From Fimbriosthenelais zetlandica (taxonomy: Eukaryota): DNA of 64,000 nt. How positions within the stretch are numbered: the first letter of the stretch is position 1; every line of letters begins with the position of its first letter. The position numbers were made by a program, and so were the translations under genes. Below are positions 12,901 through 24,873 of the stretch, in pieces. A model generated the notes under the pieces. The model made no database searches. It was not told the DNA's origin and saw only the letters and a program-made list of their open reading frames with translations. The DNA lies in the NCBI GenBank assembly GCA_977030845.1, contig OZ365116.1, forward strand, positions 21,018,001 to 21,082,000. Reading direction: 5' to 3'.

Positions 12901-15900
12901 TGATGGCCAGTGTCACCTTTTAAACTCTATAAGTGTCAACGTATTGATATGTTTTCCTCTGGTAATGTTCTCTTTCTCTGGGACTCATCAGGCCACAGAA
13001 CATGCATGGTGCAAAACAAGCATATCAACACATGTAGATATTCCCATATCAGTACTTGCCTCAACCTGGCACGCATTGCACGCCCACACACACACACACA
13101 CATGCACGACCCTGTGTTGCACGTCCATTGATGTGAAATCAATGGGGCACCACCCCAACCCGGTCATTACTGGCTGTACTATTGTCGGCTGTGTTTGGGA
13201 TAGGAGAAAAGGGAATGTGGTACTGGGGGTAGAGAGGTATTATAATACCCAGATCTTACCTGAATGAGGTCCCGGTACGGGGTAGTGTTGGGAAAGGGAG
13301 GGTGTCATAAATGGGTACTATACGTAGTCCTGAGGCAATGGAAAAACGGTGTTGTTTAGGATAGAGTGGGTATGTGGGGTTGACATGGGAAGATGGAAAA
13401 GAGGGATCTGGAACGAACAAATCATTAAAAAAAAGAAGAAAAATAAAAAATAAATAAAACGAAATAGGGTAGACAGAATATAAGGGGTAGACTCGGGGAG
13501 GAGGGGGAGTAAGGACTGAGTGTTGTGTGTGAGTGTGGGCTATGATGAGTGTTGCTCTCAGTGAACTGCGCAACGACATTCTAGCTTGATTTACTACCAG
13601 GCTCTAATGGTATTCTCCCTCTACATGCCAGCCAGCCTGCCACCCTGCCAGCACCCCGACTGTACCACCAACTGTATGGCAATCTTCACAACATTGCTCC
13701 TTTATGATTCTCAGCTGTTACACCACCTAAGAACTTTCACAGGATAAAGCTCTTGGTCCCTTGTAAATATTTCTATTGGTAGGAAGCCTGCTGTATATTA
13801 AACTATTGCGCAGGAGAATATTCCATCCCTATATGAAATAATAATAACCGTAAAATATGCGTGAACTATTCTACTCGCCATTTCTGCATCATGTACGGCA
13901 TACTTTGTATACTTATCACCATAAAGACTCTTCATATACTACTTAATGTCTCATATTCATGATCTACCCGCTTACACTTCCCATATATTACTTAAACTTC
14001 CCCTATACTACTTACACTTCCCTTATGCTACTTACACTTCCCATGTACTACTTACACTTCCCCTATACTACTTACACTTCCGATATACTACTCACACTTC
14101 CCCTATGCTACTCACACTTCCCATATACTACTGACACATCCCATATATTACTTAAACTTCCCATGTACTACTTACACTTCCCTTATACTACTCACACTTC
14201 CCATATATTACTTAAACTTCCCATATACTACTCACATATCCCATATATTACTTACACTTCCGATATACTACTCACACTTCTCCTATGCTACTCACACTTC
14301 CCATATACTACTGACACTTCCCCTATACTACTCACACTTCCCCTATACTACTTAAACTTCCAATATACTACTTACGCTTTGTATCTTGTGTATCTCCTAC
14401 TTTCCATATACTACTATGCCTCTGCCACACTCTATATACTACTTACAGTTGTTTACATTGCTTTCTTTTACTTTCCATATACTACTTCATACTATTACTA
14501 TTGGCAGTTTTCACTCTTACGTTTTATGTATTGCTATGCCTGCCTTTAATGCAAATTTTCATAGCCTACTGACCATTTTTATTCATGAGTTACCATCTTA
14601 TACTTTCCGTCTACTACTATCCATCTTCCCTTTTACTACTTACCATTTATATTTGATTTTAGCATAGTAGTATATGGAAAGTATAAACAGATTATCAAGG
14701 GTGTAGTCGTTGGTTTTTTCCACCCATTTGTCAGTCACTGGACTTCACAGTCGGGGCATATCTACCTCTTGCTCAATGAATATTAAATGCTTAATTCTGC
14801 GTGTGGAAGCAGATAAAGAAAGGCGGGATCAATTTATATGGGAATATAAACTAGTGGAAGCCAACAGACTATAAGGGGGTTGACATTGCACCTTTTCCCT
14901 ATATGAATGGTAGACATGCAGGGTAGGATGTATAAAGTGTGCCATATTTTCGAGTATAGTTCAGTATTGCTGGCTATCAGTAGTTAAGGTAATGATAGAT
15001 GTATAGTGATCATACTCTCTCATCTTACTACACCAGCTGTGACCCGCCGCCAGCTATTGATTCACATCTCACCTCTGGCCCACATGCCCATCACAGCGTC
15101 CCCTCATCATGTAATGGAAGCACACCCTCCTATATGTAAGCCTCTAATGTAATATTCATGGAATTTTTTCTCTTCAGAACTCGTTTACTGAAGTGGCTAA
15201 GCTCTTCACCGAGTTCTTCCGTGATCTCGATGTTGTACCCAGTGATGTGGTGGCTGGACTCGTCCTGCTGCGACGGAGTCAGAAACAACGACGGAAGGTC
15301 ATCGTATCACAGGTGAGGCTGGTTCATGTATAAATCATTCTGATTAATGATTCTTATCACGTTTTGTTATCATTTTACCAGCAGTCTTTATCCTGGTATG
15401 GTAAATTTCCTGTATCAGTTTGCCAGGTTCCTCAGTGTGTCACTTCAGATAATCTAGGATGATAGAGTATTGGTGCTTGTATATCTCGTATCCACCAACC
15501 TCTTCATTCAGGTCCTTTACCACGAAAGCTAATCAGTTCTTGAAAGGCGACCTGCATTCTTCGTCATTCTCACTTATCTATGCCTTCTAAAAATACCCCT
15601 GGTTCGCCGCTGCCCCGTCCTACTATAGGTGCCTCTACCTTCCACTGGGTCGACTCAATCTGCCGGGTTCATTGTCAAAGACAGGTCTGTCAGAGAAATG
15701 GATTATTCTAACGGCTTATCCGTGTTGAGCACCCAGTAGATGGTCATCATTGGATGCCCCCGGGTCATGCTCAGTCCCCATACCCATTAATGGGACCGGT
15801 AAAAAAACACAGGGTTGGTGCAGGAGGTGAGACGGGGGCTGGTCCCATGCGGGGTGTTGGGTATCATCCCTTAATTCTACAGCCCTACCTTATACTACTT

Positions 15901-18900
15901 TTACCAAACCATAATCCTTCCTCAGTTCTCACTCAAGGCCCTTCATCTGCCCTGGCTTATATATGCTCTTTTCCATGCTCTTCTCCCTCTTCTCATACTT
16001 CCCTTCTTCGTATACCTAGCTCTCCTTCATTAAGTAACATTCAGCTGCTACTCTCTCTCTTCTTTCTCCCATTTCTCATCCTCATCCCGTCTCTAAGTCT
16101 CTGTGCTAATGTCCTCTAACCGCATACTAAGGCCCTCCTGCTAGTGATATGTCCGTCCACGGACCAGCATCTCTCTACCAATTGAATTAGTGACACACAT
16201 TAAGTGAGGCTAGCGGTTTTTACCTTCTGTATAACAGGCCTGGGTCTGAGAATGGCTCAGTAGGGATCAGCATTCACCACTTGGTCCTATAGCTCGCATC
16301 AGTGTCTCTCATATTCTACACTCTAAGACCCGACCAACAAATTGTCATTGACCGCCGAACTATAGATGGACGATTACTGATCAAAATAATCCAGTTCAAT
16401 AACTTTCTTGATTCCCTCCCCATCATTGGTCTTCCATCTAATTTCATCATGATTTAACCAGCTCTAGTTCCTGCCTTTTTGATAGTGGACACTGCCTGTC
16501 ATTTAGCTGCCTCGTCTAAGAGTGCAGCCTATATTACCGTACTATCCCATCTGCGGGCATTCTAGACACTCAGCCCTAACCATCCATCTAGATTTTACCC
16601 CATAGGCCCAGCTTGTCCCTGTGAAAGTATATCACATGGTATCATTCCCTGGATACGGGGAGCTGTGTACGGTGTGGAATATTCTTGTCTAACACTCTGC
16701 GCCATTTTCACCTTGTATCCATTATACTACTACCATCTAATTATCTGTGCGGAATAAAACCCATCACAGGCATTATGTCCATCAATGATCATCCCTCAGC
16801 TGCTTGTAATAGTAATTTATTATTACTTAATTGGCTGTAACTATTGTCATAGTTTGTTAGTTTGTTAGTTTGAGCTCTCCATGTGCCTTCCTTAATATTA
16901 TAAGACTTCACTTCAGACCTTACCCTCCACAGTTTTCCTCATTTTAAGTCAGCATTCATCTCGATGCTTATAGCAAGAGGGAGACAAGTGAAGGCCAAGT
17001 AATAGGTCCTTCTAACTTTAACATCCATTCTAGGGAGATCTCAGTGCTGGTTGATAAAGGCTGTTTGTTGTCAGGGATCACATTTTTGCCCTGACTTTAA
17101 TAATGAGTATAAAGGGTAAGATTGAGACCAGCTCTGCCTGCTCGGTGACTCATCAATCAGCACGTGGCCCATACATCAGAATGTCAGGAGAATGATCAAA
17201 AGCTTCATTCAAAATGTCATAAAAGTCCACAACCTCTATAATTGTAGTCCGTTCTAAATTTAGAATAGACTTGAATCAGAAGATATTTGGTGGTTAAGCA
17301 TTCAGACATGCGCTGCTATTTGTGGGGAAATACCAAATAATTGTGCGCACCTTTTCCACATCAAAAGATAATTGATGGGGCGAGGGAGAGATTTCTTCTT
17401 CTGTTTGTAGGAGCCTCAAACCTTCTAATCAAAATAACCTGAAGCCTGCACTCAATCAATCATCCTTCTTTTTCTAAATGAAGGTCCTTCTGTAAATTAT
17501 TTTTCCACAGCCGAAACTAGTGAACTTTTTTTCCACGGCTGGTGCTTTCAATTCCACATGTCATGAACTGTCAAGATGATTAAATGGACATGACATGGAC
17601 ATTCACCAATTTCATATTTTCGCATGTTTTTCTTTGCAGGGAAACAACGATGTTTACCAGTTCCTGTCAGGAGTGGCCATCACTCCGAGCACCAGGTTCC
17701 TCCGGCTAATGAACGCGGACGTTCTGGCTGACTACAAGAATGTGATCCACTATATGCGTTACGCCCTGGCCGCTTACGGCTGGCCCATGTACATGATGAT
17801 GAACGCAGGCACTGGCCTCTGTAAAATCATGCCTTATATCAGGTAAATGTCCTCTATCTCACATCCATATCACTTCATCTACTATATTGTGTGATAGGAA
17901 AATGATGATATAACATGATGGGCCAAGCAGAAAATGATATAGATAGTTCATGATAGTTTCATGATATATATGCATTGTAGCATTTAATGGCCCTTTAAAG
18001 ATCGACAACTGTCTATGCAAGGAGGTGTTCCCACTTATTCACTGGAAGTGCCTGATGTAAGGTTTAGGTATGTGACACTGGCCCTGTCCACATCATCTGA
18101 GGTGGTGATATGTAGTGGGTTGGGGTGCTACCTACTCAGAAGAAACCCTTACTGAGAATGATTTTCAGCTTTCTTTAGTCTAAAATCAACTAAAGATTGC
18201 TGCTATTTGCCCTTGGCATTCGTTAGCGTTGGCCTATATGGCGCCGTATTTGGACCTTTGGTTACAGAGTTCACCCTGACCGGTCATTATGGAAATTTTA
18301 TATTAGATGTCTAATGGTGGGGCCTGTTCCTGAAGGCCCCCGGGGTATCCACATTGATAGGTGCATTACAAGCATAGAGGCAGGCACTTAGTGGCTTAAC
18401 AAGGGACCTGCTGCGTCTGCCACCACCAACCAGGGTATGTCGAGGAGAATATTCCCCTTGCGCAATCTATACACTGAGAAATACCTCAGCTACAAAAAGC
18501 AATTTCCTCAGAGACTGATGGACTATTATGAGAAAGCAATTTTCCGAAGAGAAAATTCATCATTGCTTGATTGGTTTGTACTCTACACTGGGTAGGATAT
18601 ATGGTGCTGGACATCCTCTCTGCCTATAGCCGTGATAATATACAATGGTGATAAATGTCACTATGATTTTTCTGGTAATTTCTGGTCGTGTTTTTTGGTC
18701 ACGATTTTCTCATGAATCCTGCCCTGAGATGCGGTTATTGCGCTGCTGCGGCTGCTGCTTCCTCGTCATCCGGTCTTAGAGGGGTGCTCTCTAGCTGCTG
18801 CCAGGCCAGTACACTAGACCCAGTATCACTGCCCAGCTTTAACCCTTGCCTATTTGCCTCCACATTTGTTAAAGACTTGCCATGATTATTACCATTTTAT

Positions 18901-21900
18901 AGCCTGGTATGTGTGCATCCCGCTCATGTATAGGTCTCTTTTATCAGGCAGTTATAGCCGCTTATAATATGTCCTGGTTGAATGTTAAATGACATCATGA
19001 CATATTGTATGTTTGTAGATGTTGTGGGTGTTTATGTCCATGTAACCACGCCAAACACACCGAGCTGGTGGATGACAACTGCTGTCAGTGTAATTTTGCT
19101 GCTCTCAAGAAACTTGCTGGCCTCAAGGACTCCGAGCTGGATCTCATCTATGTTACCTACCATGTTGATGTGAGTATCCTACTGCCATTCATCTATAATA
19201 TTCACTACCGTACTTAGTATGGTACTTAGTGTCATACTATTCCCGTTTTACTAGCTCTAATGTACGCTCATCAAATGATACTTTCAAGATATTTATGGGA
19301 GATAAAGTTTAACTTCAGAGCCGTGCTACTCACAACTTGGGGTGGCACGCCAGTATCTAATACCTTATACTAGAACTAATAATTTCTCTTCATACTTGTT
19401 GTAGATTGGTGAAACTCCCTTCTTCGTGGCGGTGGACCATGAACATAAGAAGATTGTTATCTCTATCAGAGGCACCTTATCTCTACAGGTAGGCTGCTAT
19501 CTCACTTCACCTAAAACACTGATGTGCCCCTGGGGCTGATGTTTGCATTGTTTCTATATTGCCATCTTGTGCTTTAATTTATTTACATCGTATTGACTTC
19601 GTATGGCCTGAAAATTTCATGGAAAGATTGCTATCTATATTTATGATATGGGATAGCACGAATTGTACCCAGTCTAGGGGTTCTCTTAAAAATTTCTCTT
19701 CAAAAAGATTCCCTCATACCCAATTCTGTTCAATGTTTATCAAGTAAGAAAAGTATCTGCCTGAATCCGTCATGAAAATGTCAAATGCATTTCGTTATGT
19801 GACCCATGTAACCCATGGTTTGTTTCTGAAGCATGTCTTGCTAACAAAGATTACACCAGTTTGAATCATTTTCACTCCCAATTGAAAGAGAAGAAGTCCA
19901 TTTAATAATGTAACACCATCACGTGTAATCGTTGGGTTGCCTTGATCCTGTATTTTGATCTTGTGTGGGCTTCGCCTTACCACCAGGGAACATTCATTCA
20001 TTCATTCTTATTGCTTTAAAAGGGATTACTTTATCAGGCGGGAGAGATGTTCTCTTGGTGGTAGAATGAGACCATCTCCTTGTTCATTTTGTGTCCATTA
20101 TCCATTGTATAATGCTGCATGCTCGCTTCTGAGAATATGTTTTCAAATGGCCTTTTCCCCCTTACCAGGATGTGCTACCAGAACCTCAGGTAGTGAGCCA
20201 TCACGACCGATGCCATCTTCTATACTGTATTATGCTAACCACTGAGTGGTGTATTTATTACCGCACCTAATATATGCTATATTCATATGTCCTGCTTCTG
20301 TTCCTCTCTGTCTGTCTCTTCTCTCATTTCCTTCGGTCCCTTCTGTATCTCACAGATTGATCTTGTTTTCCTTCATTAATCGTTTCCCATCTTAACGTTT
20401 CTTTAGGTTGAGTCTTACTTGATATATCTTTTTAACTTGCATATATTATACAACTGTTTCGACATTTATTCGCAAAGAGAGACCAGTCTAATGCACATAT
20501 ATGGAGACTAATTCTAGGATGCTTGCTGAATATCTCTTGCTCGTCTTATTAATGGCATATATACATGTGGTCGGTAGGAGATGAGGATATTATGTTATAC
20601 TATGTACTATGGTTTATATGGATGTTAGTACTAATATCTAGCTTCAGTGAGAACAGTTACTAATGTATCAAATGTATCTGGAGCTCAGTCTGGTAGTAGA
20701 AAGTTCAAGACTTGAAAGCACCCCTTCCCCTTTATACATACTTGGGTATCTCTGATGCAGTTCAGTTGAAGCATGGGTGTGACCTGGCTAAAGATAATAC
20801 TGTTCCCTTAACAGTTATGAATTGAATGATAAAGCAGTAATTTATTTAAATACAATTAGACAATAACACTAAGAATATGAGTGATTATTTGCCTGAAACA
20901 GCTAAAGAGCGGTGCATAAACTTTGCAGGACGGGTTTGGATTTTATCATGCTTAGCACTTAATGCTTCTGATTGTGTCACATCTCTATCTTCTATCGAGT
21001 ATCATAGTCGCTGCTTATCAGATGCAAACAAATTTAATTATCACGAAATAGAGGAGTTATTTATACTCATATCAGTCAGCTTGTGAAATTTTCCTAGGAA
21101 ATTTCAAAAAGTAAAATAGTTTTTCTACTCATTCCATAAAATACCATTGCAAAAATGTGAATTTTATGTACATTCATCCTTCACGGAGTTATTATTTATC
21201 AGAAGATATAATGTGTATGTAAATGTAAAGTAAGAATAATTTTCACATTGGTAGTAATTTGAAAGACTGTCAAGTTAATGTTAATTCTGCTGTCGTGTCT
21301 ATGCTCGGGTCCATTGTAAAGAGATATATGTTGTATGTCGTTGATGAGTGAAGGCTAAGCCTATGTAAGGCTTTAAAGCTTTTCAGTCTTTAATAAAGTG
21401 TTTGTAGTATAAAGCTGACTGTGGGAGAGAACACCGGTCTATGTGAGGTATAATGAATGTCTCTGTCTTGTAGGATGTTCTCACAGATCTGAAGGCAGAC
21501 GCTGAAGCTCTCCCCGTCAATCCCCCACGCGAGGACTGGCTCGGGCACAAAGGCATGGTGCAGGCCGCCGTCTATATCAGGAAAAAAATCAAAGATGAAA
21601 TGCTTCTATCTCAAGCCTTTGGCAGAGATCTGGTGAGGATTACTCTAGTCCCTTGGCTCTCCTCTTCCTTCCTCTCTCCCGCTATTTCAGCTTTCCTTCC
21701 TTCATTGACTGTTCATCTAACTTGGTTTAGATCTAAATTTGGTTTCCTCGGGAGATTGTGAAAGGAAGTTGATTAAAGTTTGGAATTAAAGGCTGGTACT
21801 TGATCCAGCTGGAGTAAATCACGCCAATTAGTGATTGTGCATTGTGTCTCTTCCCACTCTCTATAATCTCAGGGTAACTTGAAACGAACTTATTTAAGAA

Positions 21901-24873
21901 AGCAATGTCTTCTATAGGGAACCAAGCTACCTCAGATTAAATTTAATGTTTATTATCCAATATCTGATCAAATATGTATTCAACCTGTCGACATTTATTA
22001 TAAATGATTGTTGTGATGCTGTTGTAGGATCGTGGGACTCAGTCCTATGATCTGGTGTTGGTGGGTCATTCTCTGGGAGCCGGAACCGCCGCCATTCTTG
22101 CTATCCTTCTTCACCAAGAATATCCCAACCTTCACTGTTACGCCTACTCGCCCCCAGGCGGCCTATTAAGGTAGGAATTGTAGCTTTTAATTTCTTGAAT
22201 AACACTTTATATGTCCCTGTATTCTTGAGCCAATGTAAATAATTGGGAATTGTTTATTAGATAACTTTGTGTGTTTGCAGCGCACAAGCAGTGGAGGAGA
22301 CGAAGCAGTTTATCACGTCTGTGGTGGTCGGGAAGGATGTGGTGCCACGGATTGGTCTTCATCAACTAGAAGCCATGAGGCAAGATCTCATCAATGTGAT
22401 CAAGAAAAGCACAGAACCGAAGGTGAATCATTACTCTATATGCTATCTCACACTCTACCGTTAGAGCTCGTCATTCTATATGCCAACAGCGAGTTTCCCT
22501 CCCTTCATGAGAAAAGACACATCTTTGTGCTTTGAATCTTAAATTAACATGGCCCTTTTTGATAATCACTTTTCTAATCACTTATCTATTCTCTCTGCAG
22601 TGGAAGATCATTATGGGTACCATGATGTGCTGCTGTGGTGACGGGGACGAGAATCCATCCAACAACGAACAACAGATCATTGAGAATAATGAATGGAAAC
22701 TTGAGAAAGAGTCCAGGAACTTCCTTCACCCGAGCGACTCGCAGATTGCCTTAACGTCTCACACGCCACTCTATCCGCCCGGCAAAATCATTCACATTGT
22801 TAGGAATCACCCTAAAGGGTCAAAGTAAGAACTTAACATTTATAACTTCTATATGATATAAATATAAATGAGATAATTTTTTGTAGGAGTATTTGGGGAT
22901 AAATCCAGTATATCGCCATCTCTGTAGCTAGAATTGAGGAGTAACTTTCTTTTGCTGCCTGTAGTAAACTCTGTGGTAAGGAGGAGCCTGTGTATCAAGC
23001 CATCTGGGCTGATAACGTCGACTTTGATGAAGTTCTCATCAGTCCAACCATGGTTAACGACCATATGCCCGACAATGTCATGGATGCGCTCCAAAAGGTG
23101 AGGCCAATCAACACACATACTTATATCCACTGAGATTACTGCTAGACTTTCTTTAGTTACTAAGTTGAACATATTTCTGTGTGTAGTTTTTAGACCATTG
23201 TTGGTGACTTCTCATCACCTCATTATACTGTGGATTTCTACATAATATCAGTAGGTTTTCAAATCAACAGTTTCAACACAAACATTTACAATACATACAA
23301 TTTACAATACAATTACAATTTATTGATGAGATTTCTTGTTAACCAGGTGCTGATTAATGTTGGTCCCTCCAAGCCAGCACGTAAGCTGCCAGAGGCTGAA
23401 CGTAAAGCCCTGCTCTCTACCAACGAGACGCCGGAGTCAACACTGGATGCCACGCCTCCCCACCGACTCTACCTGGAGACCAGCTTCACTAACGCTGCCC
23501 ACCCGGTGGAGGAGCTCATCCACCAGACAGACTACATCAACCGCTCATCAGGGGCCTTCAGCATTGTCTCTGATGCTAACAGTCTGAGCTGGGACTACGC
23601 TTCCCCGATGGACGTGGATCAAAGGTCTAGACAGCTAGCCGAGAAAGTGGACCATCCTACAGTTAGCAGCAGGGAGCCCGTTGTTTCCATGGCTGCTGCT
23701 GTTGCTGCTGGTTGCCCGGTCAGACCCAGGCCCAACTTTAAACTGGACCTGCAGAATCCTGGTGAGGAATGGCCTGAACGGGCGCCACTGGCCACACCCG
23801 AGACGCTGTCTGACACGTCAAGTATTGACTCTGGGAGTTGGAAGGGTTCTAGAAAGTTTACTAATGGATATCAGCGTCTGACGACCGGCATGCCGACTAT
23901 GGAGCCTATTCAACAGTCACCATTAAGAGCCGTCCGATCAGAAGGCTATCACTACTTCATCCCTGTGCCAAGCCCGGTAGATTATCACGAGTCACCAGAG
24001 AGGGAATACACCACACTCGACCCTCCTATAGCTACACCACTGACAAACCAGATCACCACAGAAGCTACAGTAGAATCAGACATACCGCCCATGAAACCCC
24101 CGCGATCATGCCTCCACCTGAACCCCTGCTCTGAGGTAATAGTCGAACAGGGATCCACCGATACCTCATTTGAGTTGGCCGTAGAAGAGGACAAACTTAG
24201 AGAGAAACTGACAAAATCTGACAGTATGAACAATTATAAAATTACTTTTGAGGATGAAGGTCGAGCGAGTAGCTGCGAGTATGTGCGTCACTCGCCGGAT
24301 GAGTTGGCGAATCAGCTGCGATATGATCCTCTATTAGGTCATTATTCTCACGGTGGACGGGGTTACCCTCATGGTGGTTATATGTGTGATCATATACTAC
24401 ATCAACACTCACCTAGTGTACTACCAGACCAACAACCAGACCCACCCACACATCCTACACATCCTACACACAAAGACGGTGAGGTGGAGGGCACTGACCT
24501 CGACCTCAACCAAAATAAAACACTAGAGACAGAGGAGGAGAACATGGCTCCTGACTTAGTTAATTTACAGACAGATGTGGTAGGAGAAAGTCAAACAGAA
24601 GGTGAAAATATTACAGAAATCATTGCCAGTGACTCTCTGAATCCTAAATCAGTAGAACTCCAGCAACAGAATGGACTATCTCTGGTACATAGTGCCTGCG
24701 CTGTACCAGACTTAGTTGTGCCGGGCCGGCCCAGGTTAAAACCCTACACCTCTCACGAGCGGGCCCGCTCCAGCACACCAGAGGATGAATTTGGATCAAG
24801 GCTCTCTGCCGCGCCCTCAGACGAAGTATTCATTCTTGATGCGCCCAATGTGGAAGAATCTACAGACACATAA
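6718..24873 (+). CDS. DAGLA: sn1-specific diacylglycerol lipase alpha, 5'-partial; join(6718-6929,9101-9202,9399-9579,11853-11934,15178-15312,17640-17842,19019-19169,19405-19488,21474-21632,22028-22170,22281-22422,22601-22824,22965-23097,23347-24873)
   Basis: 14 exons, all GT-AG, with phases consistent end to end (3478 nt, about 1158 aa in the window). N-terminal TM helices ([16 protein letters not shown]), [29 protein letters not shown], lipase-3 nucleophile GHSLG (22064-22078), GKDVVPR (Asp), DHMP (His), LYPPG, and a long low-complexity tail typical of the alpha paralog. The MPG...WSVGSDD-type first exon was not found in 1-6717. Confidence 0.96.
9101..9202 (+). CDS. DAGLA: DAGLA exon 2
   Basis: caccag acceptor, gtcagt donor; [24 protein letters not shown]... 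Confidence 0.95.
9399..9579 (+). CDS. DAGLA: DAGLA exon 3
   Basis: tttcag acceptor, gtaggc donor; [26 protein letters not shown]... Confidence 0.95.
11853..11934 (+). CDS. DAGLA: DAGLA exon 4
   Basis: tttcag acceptor, gtaagt donor; [28 protein letters not shown]. Confidence 0.92.
12799..12829 (+). repeat. G-rich tract with G-quadruplex potential
   Basis: ggggg t ggggg a gggggggggggg c gggggg. Confidence 0.7.
13085..13102. repeat. (CA)n microsatellite
   Basis: cacacacacacacacaca. Confidence 0.85.
13971..14370. repeat. 20-bp minisatellite, about 20 copies (consensus cttacacttcccctatacta), degenerate extension to about 14700
   Basis: Clear 20-nt periodicity; accounts for the spurious ORFs in 13946-14667. 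Confidence 0.95.
15178..15312 (+). CDS. DAGLA: DAGLA exon 5
   Basis: cttcag acceptor, gtgagg donor; [33 protein letters not shown]... Confidence 0.96.
17640..17842 (+). CDS. DAGLA: DAGLA exon 6
   Basis: ttgcag acceptor, gtaaat donor; [11 protein letters not shown]...[11 protein letters not shown]. Confidence 0.96.
19019..19169 (+). CDS. DAGLA: DAGLA exon 7
   Basis: ttgtag acceptor, gtgagt donor; Cys-rich CCGCLCPC...DDNCCQCN. Confidence 0.95.
19405..19488 (+). CDS. DAGLA: DAGLA exon 8
   Basis: ttgtag acceptor, gtaggc donor; [28 protein letters not shown]. Confidence 0.96.
21474..21632 (+). CDS. DAGLA: DAGLA exon 9
   Basis: ttgtag acceptor, gtgagg donor; DVLTDL...WLGHKGMV...AFGRDL. Confidence 0.96.
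22028..22170 (+). CDS. DAGLA: DAGLA exon 10 (catalytic Ser)
   Basis: ttgtag acceptor, gtagga donor; [13 protein letters not shown]...YSPPGGLL. Confidence 0.97.
22281..22422 (+). CDS. DAGLA: DAGLA exon 11 (catalytic Asp)
   Basis: ttgcag acceptor, gtgaat donor; [16 protein letters not shown]. Confidence 0.96.
22601..22824 (+). CDS. DAGLA: DAGLA exon 12
   Basis: ctgcag acceptor, gtaaga donor; WKII...[25 protein letters not shown]. Confidence 0.96.
22965..23097 (+). CDS. DAGLA: DAGLA exon 13 (catalytic His)
   Basis: ctgtag acceptor, gtgagg donor; [29 protein letters not shown]. Confidence 0.95.
23347..24873 (+). CDS. DAGLA: DAGLA terminal exon, 508-aa disordered tail
   Basis: aaccag acceptor, in frame with the 23230-24873 ORF; ends in TAA. 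Confidence 0.92.
   Translation: MLINVGPSKPARKLPEAERKALLSTNETPESTLDATPPHRLYLETSFTNAAHPVEELIHQTDYINRSSGAFSIVSDANSLSWDYASPMDVDQRSRQLAEKVDHPTVSSREPVVSMAAAVAAGCPVRPRPNFKLDLQNPGEEWPERAPLATPETLSDTSSIDSGSWKGSRKFTNGYQRLTTGMPTMEPIQQSPLRAVRSEGYHYFIPVPSPVDYHESPEREYTTLDPPIATPLTNQITTEATVESDIPPMKPPRSCLHLNPCSEVIVEQGSTDTSFELAVEEDKLREKLTKSDSMNNYKITFEDEGRASSCEYVRHSPDELANQLRYDPLLGHYSHGGRGYPHGGYMCDHILHQHSPSVLPDQQPDPPTHPTHPTHKDGEVEGTDLDLNQNKTLETEEENMAPDLVNLQTDVVGESQTEGENITEIIASDSLNPKSVELQQQNGLSLVHSACAVPDLVVPGRPRLKPYTSHERARSSTPEDEFGSRLSAAPSDEVFILDAPNVEESTDT

Noticed and set aside
13946-14667. ORFs up to 196 aa rich in Y, T, L and P
   Set aside because: They are translations of the 20-bp minisatellite.
18688-18885. 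Cys/Ala-rich frame resembling an alternative DAGLA exon 7
   Set aside because: Needs a GAG acceptor and ends in a stop codon.
18903-18906. 4-nt micro-exon ttttatag|cctg|gtatgt
   Set aside because: Frameshifting, with no compensating exon found.
23230-23346. ORF-track N-terminus of the 547-aa ORF
   Set aside because: Intronic; the real exon starts at the 23347 acceptor.
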